Below, piece after piece: positions 47,603 to 57,157 of a DNA stretch of 64,000 nucleotides. Within the stretch, counting starts at the first letter, position 1. Each line of letters begins with the position of its first letter. Source of the stretch: an uncultured Anaeroplasmataceae bacterium. GTDB lineage: Bacteria > Bacillota_I > Bacilli_A > Acholeplasmatales > Anaeroplasmataceae. The stretch covers positions 25,875 through 89,874 of the forward strand of contig CANRFF010000002.1 in assembly GCA_947629825.1 (NCBI GenBank), in the 5' to 3' direction. The translations under genes were made by a program, and so were the position numbers. The notes under the pieces were generated by a model. The model was not told the DNA's origin. It searched no databases and saw only the letters and a program-made list of their open reading frames with translations.

Positions 47603-48835
47603 ATGATGTATGATCAGATCTTGATTCGCTTTGGCGATTTGACATTAAAGGGAAAAAATCAAAAGGAATTTTTGAAAAGACTTTATGCCTTGATTCATTT
47701 GAAATTAAAAGATTTTCAAGTGACGATTGAAAATACTCATGACCGGGTATATATTCATCTGAATCAGGAAGATCCGCAAAAAATATTGAAACAACTGCAA
47801 TATGTTTCGGGAATTTCTTCCTATTCGTTGGTGGTACGTTGTGATTTGGATTTGCCACAGATCAAAACAACGGCACTGCATCTGATGAAAGAGTTGGTGA
47901 CAACTCCGATGACGTTCAAAGTGGAAACCAAACGTGCCAACAAAGAATTTCCCCTCACCTCTATGGAAGTTACCAGACAGGTGGCCGGATATGTACTGGC
48001 CAATCATTCCGATTTGAAAGTGGATGTCCACCGGCCGCAAGTCACACTGCATCTGGAAATCAAAGGAAATTCCTGTTATTTGTATAACTTCGAATATAAA
48101 GCCTTGGGCGGTTATCCCGTGGGCGTGGCCGGAAAAGGGTTACTGATGCTTTCGGGAGGAATCGACTCGCCGGTTGCGGGATTTTTGGCGATGAAGCAAG
48201 GAATCGAAATCGAATGTATTCATTTTGAATCGACTCCTTTGACCTCGATCGAATCTGCTCAGAAAGTGGTGGATCTGGTCAAAAAATTGGCCGGATATTC
48301 CGCTACGGATCAAATTGTATTGCATTTGGTTCCGTTCAAAGAAATTCATATGGAACTTTTGGATAAAGTGCCGGAAAGTTATAATATTACCATTATGCGC
48401 AGAATGATGTATCGTATTGCCGATTTGCTTGCGAAAAAAAGACATTGTTTATGTTTGATTAACGGCGAATCGGTCGGTCAGGTGGCCAGCCAGACGTTAC
48501 AAAGTATGGTGACCATCAATTCCGTAACGAATCTTCCGGTTTTGCGACCGCTTTGTACGTATGACAAAGTGGATATTATCAAACTGTCAACTCAGATCGA
48601 CTGTTATGAACTTTCCATTCGTCCGTTTGAAGATTGTTGTACCGTCTATGTGCCGAAAGCTCCGGCAACGGCGCCGAAAATCGATAAAGCGGAAGAATAT
48701 GAAAAAGCATTCGACTATGAATCGCTGATTGAAAAAGCCGTATCCGAAACGAAGAGAATCACCATTGACAAAGATAGCGATTTGGATTTGACCGGTTTGG
48801 GATTGGAAGTACGGGAAGTCTTAAAAGAAAACTGA
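47603..48835 (+). CDS. thiI: tRNA 4-thiouridine synthase ThiI
   Basis: N-terminal ferredoxin-like/THUMP region and the PP-loop motif LSGGIDSPVA. Confidence 0.93.
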   Translation: MMYDQILIRFGDLTLKGKNQKEFLKRLYALIHLKLKDFQVTIENTHDRVYIHLNQEDPQKILKQLQYVSGISSYSLVVRCDLDLPQIKTTALHLMKELVTTPMTFKVETKRANKEFPLTSMEVTRQVAGYVLANHSDLKVDVHRPQVTLHLEIKGNSCYLYNFEYKALGGYPVGVAGKGLLMLSGGIDSPVAGFLAMKQGIEIECIHFESTPLTSIESAQKVVDLVKKLAGYSATDQIVLHLVPFKEIHMELLDKVPESYNITIMRRMMYRIADLLAKKRHCLCLINGESVGQVASQTLQSMVTINSVTNLPVLRPLCTYDKVDIIKLSTQIDCYELSIRPFEDCCTVYVPKAPATAPKIDKAEEYEKAFDYESLIEKAVSETKRITIDKDSDLDLTGLGLEVREVLKEN

Positions 48836-48902
48836 AAAAGCCGTTTTCCGGAAGTATATTTTCACCGAATATTGTAAAAAATAGTTACTGCTAGGAGGTG
48901 AA

Positions 48903-49157
48903 ATGATGACAAGTAAGAAAAATTCTGCATCTGGTCGTTCGGCATCTAAAACTTCCAAAACGAATGGTTCGGTAGGAGGAAACATCACGAAAAGTGCGGT
49001 AGACCGCGCAAAACAATCTACCGATACGCAAACTCTGAAACAAGAAGTCGCTTCCGAACTGGGGATTCAACCCGGGAAAAACGCTACTGCCCGTGAAAAT
49101 GGCAAGGTTGGCGGAAGTATGACAAAAAAATTGTTTGAAAAAGGCAAGAAAAACTAA
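48903..49157 (+). CDS. Alpha/beta-type small acid-soluble spore protein with an N-terminal extension
   Basis: LKQEVASELGIQPGKNATARENGKVGGSMTKKL parallels B. subtilis SspA ([33 protein letters not shown]). Confidence 0.85.
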   Translation: MMTSKKNSASGRSASKTSKTNGSVGGNITKSAVDRAKQSTDTQTLKQEVASELGIQPGKNATARENGKVGGSMTKKLFEKGKKN

Positions 49158-49188
49158 AAAGAGACAAGAAAGTCTCTTTTTTTTATGT
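49156..49188 (+). terminator. Rho-independent terminator after the SASP gene
   Basis: AAAGAGAC (49158-49165) pairs with GTCTCTTT (49072+100=49172-49179), followed by a T-run. Confidence 0.75.
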
Positions 49189-49235
49189 TTTGCTTGCGAT
49201 ATAATAGGTACGGTAGTTAAAAGGAGTAAAGTCTT

Positions 49236-50120
49236 ATGAATAAAAAAATGTTATGGAATGAGGGGTTCCATATCGGAGTGGTTCTGTTTTCGGCAAGTTT
49301 GTATGCACTGGGAGTAATGTGGTTTTTGACTCCTGCGGGATTATATGCGGCGGGAGTTACGGGAATCAGTCAGATCATCCGACAAATTATTTTGAATACG
49401 ACTCAAGTGGATTTGCCGATCGGTTTATTCAATTTGTTATTCAATGTTCCTTTGTTTATTTACGGATTGAAAAAAGTTTCTTTGCGGTTTTCCTTGTATT
49501 CCATGCTTTCGGTAGTGGTTCAATCGTTATTGATGATGGGTTGGATTCCCACATATACTTTTAATATTGATGCGATGGAAAATCAACTGCTTTTTGCGTT
49601 GATCGGCGGACTGGTTACCGGGTTGGCAAACGGAGTGGCATTGCGATTCGGAACGTCTACCGGCGGGATCGATATTTTGGGACAGGCGCTATCGATTGAA
49701 AAAGGAATTTCCATCGGAATATTTACGATGATTCTGAATTGTTTGATTGCGTTTATCGGGGGAGGCCTCATCGCAAATGCGTGGGAAATTTCAATGTATA
49801 CGTTTCTTCGGATTATCATTTCTTCTTTGGTCATCGACAAAATTCATACGGCCTATAATTATGTGCGATTGGACATTATCTCCGAAAACGTACAGGAAAT
49901 TGCGGATCGTCTGATGAAAGAACTCGGAAGAGGGGTCACTTTGGTAAGCGTCGAAGGGGCTTATACCCACCATATCAAAAAAGACGCTTTTGTGGTCTTG
50001 ACTTCTTATGAAATAGCCAAGGCGAAAAAGATTTGTTTGAGCGTGGATCCGAATGTCTTTGTGGTTATTGCACCTGCAAAAGGATTGATCGGACGATTTG
50101 TCCGCAAAACGATTATTTGA
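49236..50120 (+). CDS. YitT-family membrane protein (DUF161 + DUF2179)
   Basis: Five or six TM segments with GGTGG-like STGGIDIL, and a C-terminal soluble DUF2179-like domain (GVTLVSVEGAYT). Confidence 0.75.
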   Translation: MNKKMLWNEGFHIGVVLFSASLYALGVMWFLTPAGLYAAGVTGISQIIRQIILNTTQVDLPIGLFNLLFNVPLFIYGLKKVSLRFSLYSMLSVVVQSLLMMGWIPTYTFNIDAMENQLLFALIGGLVTGLANGVALRFGTSTGGIDILGQALSIEKGISIGIFTMILNCLIAFIGGGLIANAWEISMYTFLRIIISSLVIDKIHTAYNYVRLDIISENVQEIADRLMKELGRGVTLVSVEGAYTHHIKKDAFVVLTSYEIAKAKKICLSVDPNVFVVIAPAKGLIGRFVRKTII

Positions 50121-50134
50121 TAAGGAAGAAAGTT

Positions 50135-50833
50135 ATGATTGATTCTTTGGAAAATGAAAAAGTAAAATTGATTGGCAAATTAAAACAGGCCAAATATCGA
50201 AAAGAGTATCAAATTTTTGTCGTAGAGGGTCGTCATTTGGTTTTGGAAGCCGAACAAATGGGGCTTTTGATCGAAGGATTTTCAACGGAAGATTCCGATT
50301 ATACGTTGGTTTCTCCCAAAGTGATGAAAAAAATGATTTCTTCGGATTCCAACATTTCGACGATAGGATTGTGTAAGATGATTCCGCAACAAAACATCGA
50401 AGACAAAATTCTGATTTTAGATGCGATTCAGGATCCCGGAAATATGGGAACGTTGCTTCGAAGTGCCGTGGCTTTCGGATTTCGGACGATTTTTTTGGGA
50501 AATGGGTGCGTCGATATTTATAATGATAAAGTCATTCGGGCATCCCAAGGAGCGATTTTCAAGTTGAATTATCTTTATGGAGACATCTCTTCCTTTTTGG
50601 AAAGTCTTCGGGGATATCAGATTTATATCACCGATGTTCACGGAGGACGACCTTTATCCGAAATTTCCTGTAAAAATAAAGTGGGAGTGATTTTGGGAAA
50701 CGAAGGAAACGGAGTTTCTTTAAAATTATTACAGACGGATCTTCCCAAAATTTATATTCCGATGCAACAAACGGAATCGTTGAATGTGGCGGTTGCCGGA
50801 AGTATCATTCTCTATCATTTGAGCCGAAATTAA
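50135..50833 (+). CDS. TrmH/RlmB-family RNA methyltransferase
   Basis: DAIQDPGNMGTLLRSA, LGNEGNGVS and ESLNVAVAGSIILY motifs. The start is placed at ATG 50135. Confidence 0.85.
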   Translation: MIDSLENEKVKLIGKLKQAKYRKEYQIFVVEGRHLVLEAEQMGLLIEGFSTEDSDYTLVSPKVMKKMISSDSNISTIGLCKMIPQQNIEDKILILDAIQDPGNMGTLLRSAVAFGFRTIFLGNGCVDIYNDKVIRASQGAIFKLNYLYGDISSFLESLRGYQIYITDVHGGRPLSEISCKNKVGVILGNEGNGVSLKLLQTDLPKIYIPMQQTESLNVAVAGSIILYHLSRN

Positions 50834-50899
50834 AATCATACGGCTCTTTTTTTCTGGTGGAACCTATGTTATAATATCAGTGAAAGAGAGTGGAAAAAA

Positions 50900-51337
50900 A
50901 TGAATGTTTTGTATTTTTTGACTCCCAAAAGCGAAATTTACTATTTGGACAACGATTCGACGTTACGACAGGCGCTGGAAAAGATGGACTATCACAAATT
51001 TACCGTCATTCCGTTGATCGATCAAGATGGAAGATATGTATCGACGATTTCGGAAGGAGATATTTTGCGAGTCATCAAAAATCGCTGTTCTTTTAATTTG
51101 TCTATGGCGGAATCGATCCGTCTTTCCGACATTGAACGATATCGTCCGTATCGTTGTTTGAAAGTAACAGCGTCTATGAAAGAAATCATCGAATTGTTGA
51201 TGAATCAGAACTTCGTTCCGTTGGTAGACGATCGGGATATTTTTATCGGGATTGTGAAAAGAAAAAATGTGATCGAATATTATTATCGGCAGTTATTGAA
51301 AGCGAAAGAAGAAAAACAATATGATAAAAATTTATGA
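50900..51337 (+). CDS. CBS-domain pair protein
   Basis: 145 aa containing two CBS-like units (VIPLIDQDGRYVSTISEGDIL and FVPLVDDRDIFIGIVKRKNVI). Confidence 0.75.
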   Translation: MNVLYFLTPKSEIYYLDNDSTLRQALEKMDYHKFTVIPLIDQDGRYVSTISEGDILRVIKNRCSFNLSMAESIRLSDIERYRPYRCLKVTASMKEIIELLMNQNFVPLVDDRDIFIGIVKRKNVIEYYYRQLLKAKEEKQYDKNL

Positions 51338-52610
51338 AAAAGGAGAAGATTTTTTAAAAGAAAACGACTCCTTCCTGCAAAGCGCTCCGTTTGAAACCCG
51401 ATTTTTTTATGAGGACGCTTTGAAAATTTCCGCTTTTTCCGATCGTTCGTATGCCATTCAAATTCAACAGGACGCAGAAAAACTGTTGTTGTTGAAAAGC
51501 GAAAATTTTCCCTTACTGCTTTTCGGTTCCGTAAAATTGACCGCTTTGGCGGCAGAAGTTTTTTTGAAATATCATCTGTTTTTGGATACCGTTATGGGAA
51601 ATCGGCAAACGGTCGAAAGTTTTTCAAACGAAATGATTCGCCTTTTCGGCGGTTCTTTTCAAGAAATAAAAAAGATGAATTTACTGACTTGTTTGTCGGC
51701 TTGTCCTTTTTCTTCGGAAGTGAGAATGGCGCAGAAAGAAGATCTGATTCCGTTATCGGAAGCCATCGGTTGTCTTTATAAAGAAAACGGGATTTTCAAT
51801 GAAGAACAACCGGCGAAAATTTTAAAAGATCTCCAGGATCATTTTGAAGAATATGCGGTTTATGCGGTATCGGGAAAAATCTGTTCTTTTGCCAGAAGTA
51901 TAGATAACCGGATTTCCTCAGTTTATACGCTTCCGTCGTTTCGCAGATGCGGATATGCTCAAAAAGTCGTTTCTTTTTTGACGAATCGGCTCATCCGTGA
52001 GCGAAAAAAGCCGTATCTTTATGTCGAACAGTCCAACTTAGCGACGAATCAACTATATCAAAATATCGGATATACTTTGATTGGCAAACAGGTTCAATAT
52101 CAATATAAAGATCCCGTTTTGCGTACGGCTTTGTTTGCGGGAGGTTGTTTTTGGTGTATCGCCATGCCGTTTTATTCGGTAAAAGGTGTCCGAAAAGTAT
52201 ATAGCGGATATGCCGGCGGAATGACATTTCAACCGACGTATCAACAAGTAAAACAACAAGCGACGGGACATCGGGAAACCATTATGATAGTATATGATTG
52301 TCGACAACTATCCTATCAAAAACTTTTGGATTTGTATTTTGAATCCATTGATCCGTTTGACGATTCGGGACAATTTATCGATCGCGGAAATAATTATACT
52401 TGCGCGGTGTTTACTTCCGATCCCGACGAACGTCGGATGGTCATCGAAAAAATCAAACAAACGGAAGAAAAGTATCGGCGAAAAGTTGCGGTTTCTTTGT
52501 TGGAAAACAGTGTATTTTATATGGCGGAAGAAGAACATCAGGATTACGGATTGAAAAATCCGGAAGCAATCGAACGGGAATTCGAACTTTCCGGAAGAAA
52601 ACATTCATAA
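51321..52610 (+). CDS. msrA: Fusion protein: N-terminal GNAT-like acetyltransferase domain + C-terminal peptide methionine-(S)-sulfoxide reductase MsrA
   Basis: The C-terminal 170 aa contain FAGGCFWCIAMPF...YSGYAGG...GHRE...DPFD..GQF.DRG..Y. The preceding roughly 255 aa contain an acetyl-CoA loop-like segment, FRRCGYAQKVV. Confidence 0.8.
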   Translation: MIKIYEKGEDFLKENDSFLQSAPFETRFFYEDALKISAFSDRSYAIQIQQDAEKLLLLKSENFPLLLFGSVKLTALAAEVFLKYHLFLDTVMGNRQTVESFSNEMIRLFGGSFQEIKKMNLLTCLSACPFSSEVRMAQKEDLIPLSEAIGCLYKENGIFNEEQPAKILKDLQDHFEEYAVYAVSGKICSFARSIDNRISSVYTLPSFRRCGYAQKVVSFLTNRLIRERKKPYLYVEQSNLATNQLYQNIGYTLIGKQVQYQYKDPVLRTALFAGGCFWCIAMPFYSVKGVRKVYSGYAGGMTFQPTYQQVKQQATGHRETIMIVYDCRQLSYQKLLDLYFESIDPFDDSGQFIDRGNNYTCAVFTSDPDERRMVIEKIKQTEEKYRRKVAVSLLENSVFYMAEEEHQDYGLKNPEAIEREFELSGRKHS

Positions 52611-52657
52611 TTTAAAATATGTGTTTTTGAAAAACGAATTCGATTTGATAAAAAAAG

Positions 52658-52687
52658 AAGCACCTTGCAAAAATCAAGGTGCTTTTT
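52658..52687. terminator. Bidirectional terminator (msrA fusion and the antiporter gene)
   Basis: GCACCTTG (52660-52667) pairs with CAAGGTGC (52675-52682), followed by TTTTT. It overlaps the last codons of the antiporter gene. Confidence 0.7.
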
Positions 52688-54029
52688 CTTTCGGATTTGG
52701 AGTAATCGATAAGTTGGTATCTTGCGACACGGAAGCGGGTGAAGTTGACGGAAAAGATTGGGAAATGACCATTTCCAGATTTTCCTTGGTTTCTTCGTGA
52801 ACCACGTCTTCCGTTTTTTTGCGTTTTTTCGTCCATTCGATGGAATGAGATAAGAACAGGGACGCTTTGGCACAGGACGGCCCGACAAATTCATATAAAA
52901 CAGAAGAAGAAAGAATGATCGTCGAAAGCAAATTTCCCAAATCCGCAGGCAGTAATCTTTGCCCCAAAACCGATAATCCGATGGCCACACCGGCTTGGGG
53001 AATCAGCGCAAGTCCCAGATTGTTTCGGATTTCTTTGCTTTCTTTGGTCAAAACACTTCCGATAAAAGCGCCGAGATACTTTCCGAAAATTCGGATAAAG
53101 AAATAACTGATGCCGACAATTCCGACCGATATCAACGTATTGAGATTCAGATTCATTCCCGATAAAACAAAGAACAACAACATAATCGGCGGTGTAAAAT
53201 TGTCGATTTGATGAAACAAATAAGTGTCATCGGTAATATTCACATATACCGTACTGAAAATCATGCAGGAAAGCAGAGGAGATATTTCCAGATAAGAACA
53301 GATTCCCGAAAGAAGAAGTAAAGCCATAATGACTAAGATCAGTCGATTTTCTTTGCTGCGCTTCGGATTCAGAACCAATCGAAGAAGAATCGCCAAAACC
53401 ACTCCGATGACAATTCCCAGTAAATTGAATCCGATCGGTTTGACAATTTCTATCCAGGTAAAAGACCCGTCGGTAGCCGAGGCAACGGAAGTGGCGATAC
53501 TGAAAGCCAAGAGACACACAATGTCGTCCAGTGCCACAATTTGTAATAAAGTATCGACGAAATCTCCTTTCGCTCCGTATTGCTTGATGGTCATCATCGT
53601 CGAAGCCGGAGCGGTTGCCGAAGCGATTGCCCCGAGAATCAGAGAAAAATTCCACTCGAGTCGAAAAAGATAATGCATTGACAGAGTAATCAGAAGCATA
53701 GCGGTTAAAGATTCGAATAACGTGATGATAATCACTTTGCTTCCGGCTTTTTTCAAAACTTCTTTTTTAAAGAATTTCCCCACGCCGAACGCAATGAAAC
53801 TCAGCGCAATGTCGCTGACAAAATCCATATGGGAAATGATGTCTTTGGAAACGAGATTGAGACAGTAGGGTCCGATGAGAATTCCCGCAATAATATATCC
53901 GCTCACATTCGGTAATTTCAATAATTTGGTAATCCGGGTTACTAAAAACCCACCGAGTAACATAATGCTTAATGAAAGCAATATTTTGGTAGCGTCGGTT
54001 AAATTGTTGTAGAATTCCAAATTTGCCAT
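52674..54029 (-). CDS. Cation:proton antiporter (CPA1/CPA2-type Na+/H+ exchanger family)
   Basis: 451 aa with about 12 TM segments, an N-terminal LPNVSGYIIAGILIGPY motif, and a hydrophilic C-terminal tail. Confidence 0.75.
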   Translation of the reverse strand: MANLEFYNNLTDATKILLSLSIMLLGGFLVTRITKLLKLPNVSGYIIAGILIGPYCLNLVSKDIISHMDFVSDIALSFIAFGVGKFFKKEVLKKAGSKVIIITLFESLTAMLLITLSMHYLFRLEWNFSLILGAIASATAPASTMMTIKQYGAKGDFVDTLLQIVALDDIVCLLAFSIATSVASATDGSFTWIEIVKPIGFNLLGIVIGVVLAILLRLVLNPKRSKENRLILVIMALLLLSGICSYLEISPLLSCMIFSTVYVNITDDTYLFHQIDNFTPPIMLLFFVLSGMNLNLNTLISVGIVGISYFFIRIFGKYLGAFIGSVLTKESKEIRNNLGLALIPQAGVAIGLSVLGQRLLPADLGNLLSTIILSSSVLYEFVGPSCAKASLFLSHSIEWTKKRKKTEDVVHEETKENLEMVISQSFPSTSPASVSQDTNLSITPNPKEKAP

Positions 54030-54137
54030 AATAACACCCTCTTATTTCAATCTTCATTATTTTATGTTGCTTTTTTATCAAAAGCAAATTATAATATTTA
54101 ATATAGATATAATAAAAAATTATATCAGGAGGCCAAA

Positions 54138-55028
54138 ATGATTACACAGAGATTATGGACGTTGATGAAAGTGGGAGAAACGCTCAATTATTCGAAAGCG
54201 GCTGAAGAATTGAATTTGACACAACCAGCCGTCAGTACCCATATCAAACAGTTGGAAGAAGAATTTCAAATCAAAATTTTCCGAAGGACAAACCACAATG
54301 TCGAAGTTACGGAAGAAGGAAAAATCTTATTGAAATATGCCACTCGTATGAAGAATATGTATGCCAACTTGATTCAGGCTTTGGAAGATCACCGATTAAA
54401 TATCAAGCGGTTGAATATCGGCTTGACTCCATCGGCGGAAAGCAGTATGTTAGGTCGTATTTTAGCCAAATATTCTTTGGAAAAAGATAATTTACATATA
54501 ACGATTTTTACAGACACTATAAAAAATCTTTATAACAAATTGAAAAATTTTGAATTGGATGTAGCCTTTGTCGACGGCAAAATTCAAGACGATCATTTGA
54601 ATTATTCTTTATTGGATACCGACAGTCTGGTGTTGGCTGTTTCCAATGAAAATCCGCTGTCGAAGAAAAACATTATTTCCTTGAATGATTTGAAAAAAGA
54701 AAAATTGATTTTACGTTCCGAAAATTCCGGCACGACCGAACTTTTTAAAACGCATTTGAAAAGTATCGGCGAAGATATCCGCAATTTCGAAGTGGTCATG
54801 GAAATCGATAATATTGCCATGATCAAAGATCTGGTTCGTCATAATTACGGAGTATCCATATTAGCCAAAAGCAGTTGTTTGCGCGATGTTGAAAAAAATC
54901 ATTTCAAAATCGTCTCCATTGAAAACTTAAGTATGATCAGAGAGCTGAATGTCGTTTATCATAAGGATTTTACTCACGTGGATATTTTGAATGAGATTGT
55001 GGAATTGTATATGGAAGAACGAAAATAA
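54138..55028 (+). CDS. LysR-family transcriptional regulator
   Basis: N-terminal HTH segment LNYSKAAEELNLTQPAVSTHIKQLEEEF and a C-terminal substrate-binding domain. It is divergent from the antiporter gene. Confidence 0.9.
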   Translation: MITQRLWTLMKVGETLNYSKAAEELNLTQPAVSTHIKQLEEEFQIKIFRRTNHNVEVTEEGKILLKYATRMKNMYANLIQALEDHRLNIKRLNIGLTPSAESSMLGRILAKYSLEKDNLHITIFTDTIKNLYNKLKNFELDVAFVDGKIQDDHLNYSLLDTDSLVLAVSNENPLSKKNIISLNDLKKEKLILRSENSGTTELFKTHLKSIGEDIRNFEVVMEIDNIAMIKDLVRHNYGVSILAKSSCLRDVEKNHFKIVSIENLSMIRELNVVYHKDFTHVDILNEIVELYMEERK

Positions 55029-55284
55029 AATCGGAATTGTAAGGATATAAGTTTTATGTCCGAAAAAATTCAAGGATTTTATCGAAAACGTATCAGAGTA
55101 TGAAAAATTGTAAATATGAAAATAAAAACAGGGCTATGGATACGAAATTGGTATATTTTGACAGATAAAGACTTTCGGGCAAATGATTTTTGGTATATAA
55201 TATGGAATAGAAGAAATAAAATCGATTTCCAATGGGAATCAACGTTGATTCGAAAATGAAACATCAAATGAATGGAGAATTTTT

Positions 55285-56160
55285 ATGGCGATCATTTTGA
55301 AAGAAATCAAAAAATCATTTGGCAAAAAAAATGTTTTGAATGGAATCAATATGGAGTTGATTGCCGGCAATATCACGGGACTTTTGGGTGTCAACGGAAG
55401 CGGAAAAACCACATTGATGAAAATCATTTCAGGCATTTATGGGTATGATAGCGGAAGCATTGAAAATTTGGTATATGTTTCGAAAGTATTGGATGTCTGT
55501 AATATGACGGAACATTCCAGTTTTAACGAAAATATGACCGTTCTTCAAAATTTAAAATATTTTATTGATTTATCTATAGAAAAAAGTGCCGACTTCAGTT
55601 ATTATGTCGATATATTTCAAATTGATTTTTTGAATGAACGCTTCAAAAAATTATCGAGCGGGGAGAAACAGAAAGTTGCGCTATTGTATTTGTTTTTAAA
55701 GAAAAGCAAAATTTTACTTTTGGATGAAATTACCAATGGCTTAGACGAACGGGTCATTGAATTGTTTTATAAAGAGTTGAAACGATATGTAAAGAAAAAC
55801 GGAATTTATACGCTGATTTCCAGTCACAAGATCTATGAACTACAAGAGATATGCAACTCTGTTTACTTATTGGATAAGGGTTTGATTCAACAAGAACTGA
55901 AATTAGACCGGAAAGAAACAAATTTAGAGAAAAGAAAAGTTTTTGTGTTTGAAAATGAAGATTTTGCGAAAAAATTTATGGAAAAAACGGATCGAAAATT
56001 CCGTCCGATTTTGAAAGAAAATCAGGTTTCTGTTGTCTGGAATGACGATTTGGAGTTGAAACCGATGATTTTATCGGCGATGGAGTATCATCTTATCGGT
56101 TTTTCCGACGATCCTACGGTATTGGAAAAATATTATTTTGATTTCACGGGAAAGGAATGA
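55285..56160 (+). CDS. ABC transporter ATP-binding protein (ABC-2 exporter type)
   Basis: Walker A GVNGSGKTT, signature LSSGEKQK, Walker B LLLDE, H-loop SSHK, plus a C-terminal extension of about 80 aa. Confidence 0.85.
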   Translation: MAIILKEIKKSFGKKNVLNGINMELIAGNITGLLGVNGSGKTTLMKIISGIYGYDSGSIENLVYVSKVLDVCNMTEHSSFNENMTVLQNLKYFIDLSIEKSADFSYYVDIFQIDFLNERFKKLSSGEKQKVALLYLFLKKSKILLLDEITNGLDERVIELFYKELKRYVKKNGIYTLISSHKIYELQEICNSVYLLDKGLIQQELKLDRKETNLEKRKVFVFENEDFAKKFMEKTDRKFRPILKENQVSVVWNDDLELKPMILSAMEYHLIGFSDDPTVLEKYYFDFTGKE

Positions 56161-56164
56161 GAAG

Positions 56165-57136
56165 ATGAAAAAAGAAATCTATAGATTATTTGTAAATCCG
56201 ATCTTTAAAATCACTTTGATTTTGGCTTTCCTGATGATATTTTTCATAACGATTTATAATAGTTTTTCTATGAAAACCTCTGAAACAGATATTTTGGGAC
56301 AAGGGATTATTCTTGCGGAATACAACACACCGGAAGATGTTGACAGGCATTTGAGCCGGGCAAGAGAAGAATTAAATGCTTTGGATTCCGATTCCGTTAC
56401 CTACGAACAAACGAAAATGAGTTTGGAATATCGGATTCAACTTTATGAGTACTTACAAGAACATTTTATTCCTTATCGGCAATTGGTTGATTCCGGTATT
56501 TTGAGTTCCGCTCCCACAGAGAATTTTTATTCTTTTCATGCCAAGACATTATCCTATCTGATGATTGTGGTATTATGGATATTGCTGGTCTTGAATTATG
56601 TTGTTTTTTCGGTGGATTTTGACAATTTATCTTATAAATATATTTATGTCAAAGGAAACAAAACAAGATTGTTTTTCAAAAAAAGCGTGCTGATTTTTTC
56701 AAGTTCCGTATTATTTGTTCTGCTCGTTTGTATTATTGTGTCTTTGTATGGAATCGTATCGGATATCAATCATCCTCAATATCTACTGTTTTTTAATCAA
56801 GGGAGTCTCAATATCATGAATCGATGGCAATTTATCTTTTGGGATTCTTTGAGTATGATCGGCTTTACAATGGTAATGGGTGTATTATTGATGGGAATCT
56901 TCGGTATCTTCAAAAAAACAATTTATGGATTTTTGGTATTTTCGGTTTATGTTATCGGAATCAATTCACTATCTTTGATAACGGAAAATCAATATTTGTT
57001 ATCTTTATTTACGTTACCGATCTATGCCTATTATGACCAAACATTATGGTTGAATTTGACTTTTAACATCGGAATGTCTTTTTTGGTTTATGGGATCAGT
57101 ATGTCCTTATTTTCAAAAAGAGACTTATCATATTAA
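56165..57136 (+). CDS. ABC-2-type permease-like membrane protein
   Basis: TM1, then an extracytoplasmic loop of about 110 aa, then five TM segments. The start is placed at ATG 56165 (MKKEIYRLF). Confidence 0.6.
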   Translation: MKKEIYRLFVNPIFKITLILAFLMIFFITIYNSFSMKTSETDILGQGIILAEYNTPEDVDRHLSRAREELNALDSDSVTYEQTKMSLEYRIQLYEYLQEHFIPYRQLVDSGILSSAPTENFYSFHAKTLSYLMIVVLWILLVLNYVVFSVDFDNLSYKYIYVKGNKTRLFFKKSVLIFSSSVLFVLLVCIIVSLYGIVSDINHPQYLLFFNQGSLNIMNRWQFIFWDSLSMIGFTMVMGVLLMGIFGIFKKTIYGFLVFSVYVIGINSLSLITENQYLLSLFTLPIYAYYDQTLWLNLTFNIGMSFLVYGISMSLFSKRDLSY

Positions 57137-57157
57137 GGAGGCAGCAGCAAAGATAAA

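Noticed and set aside
48836-48902. Sigma-G promoter upstream of the SASP gene
   Set aside because: Only weak matches were found (GTATA or GAATA with no CATxxTA at the right spacing). A forespore promoter is expected there, but I could not support one from the sequence.
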